From contig JAGHAM010000012.1 of assembly GCA_021161465.1 (NCBI GenBank), positions 180 through 64,179 on the forward strand: a DNA stretch of 64,000 bases, read 5' to 3'. Shown piece after piece: positions 63,907 to 64,000 of this stretch. Source of the stretch: Candidatus Iainarchaeum sp. (lineage in GTDB: Archaea; B1Sed10-29; WALL01; JAGHAM01). The notes beneath the pieces were generated by a model, which was not told where the DNA came from, ran no database searches, and worked only from the letters and a program-made list of their open reading frames with translations. Each line of letters starts with the position of its first letter. The stretch's first letter is position 1. The position numbers were made by a program, and so were the translations under genes.

Positions 63907-64000
63907 ATCCGGTTTCATATGAAAACCATAGGAATTCTAATGGAAACCCCTATATTTTTATATGCCTCTGGTAAAATACTAATCAGGTGAAATTATGAAG

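Overview
This 64 kb window is a stretch of archaeal chromosome. The gene content points to a small-genome, DPANN-like or other uncultured lineage, though I cannot place it more precisely. It is densely packed, roughly mid-40s % G+C by eye, and most genes carry GGTGA-type ribosome-binding sites. Most of it is core housekeeping. It contains the ftsZ-secE-spt5-rpl11...rpl1-P0-P1 cluster. It also contains a complete, colinear archaeal exosome superoperon: rpl15e, RNase P subunits, psmA, sdo1, rrp4/41/42, rpl37ae, rpoP, brix, pcc1, pfdB and a DHH phosphoesterase. Other core genes are smc, H+-PPase, an acdB-porGDAB-acdA pyruvate-to-acetate operon, PPDK, pdxST, the thiolase/HMG-CoA synthase/DUF35 trio, dph2, tsaC, cysK and a DRG GTPase. 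Two tRNA genes, Arg-CCU and Trp-CCA, each carry two introns (anticodon loop and T-loop). Several small AT-rich accessory insertions sit among these genes. (1) Two single-gene cassettes are bracketed by three folded repeats with integron attC architecture, and no integrase is visible. (2) A free-standing LAGLIDADG homing endonuclease lies between a displaced 5' fragment and a full copy of a DUF763 gene. (3) A COG1373 ATPase is flanked by 42-bp direct repeats. (4) There is a relBE module. Other oddities are an in-frame TGA in rrp41, a repeat-rich 590-bp intergenic region with a candidate small RNA, and two metabolic genes inserted into the L11/L1 ribosomal operon. No CRISPR array, cas genes, transposase or rRNA were seen.
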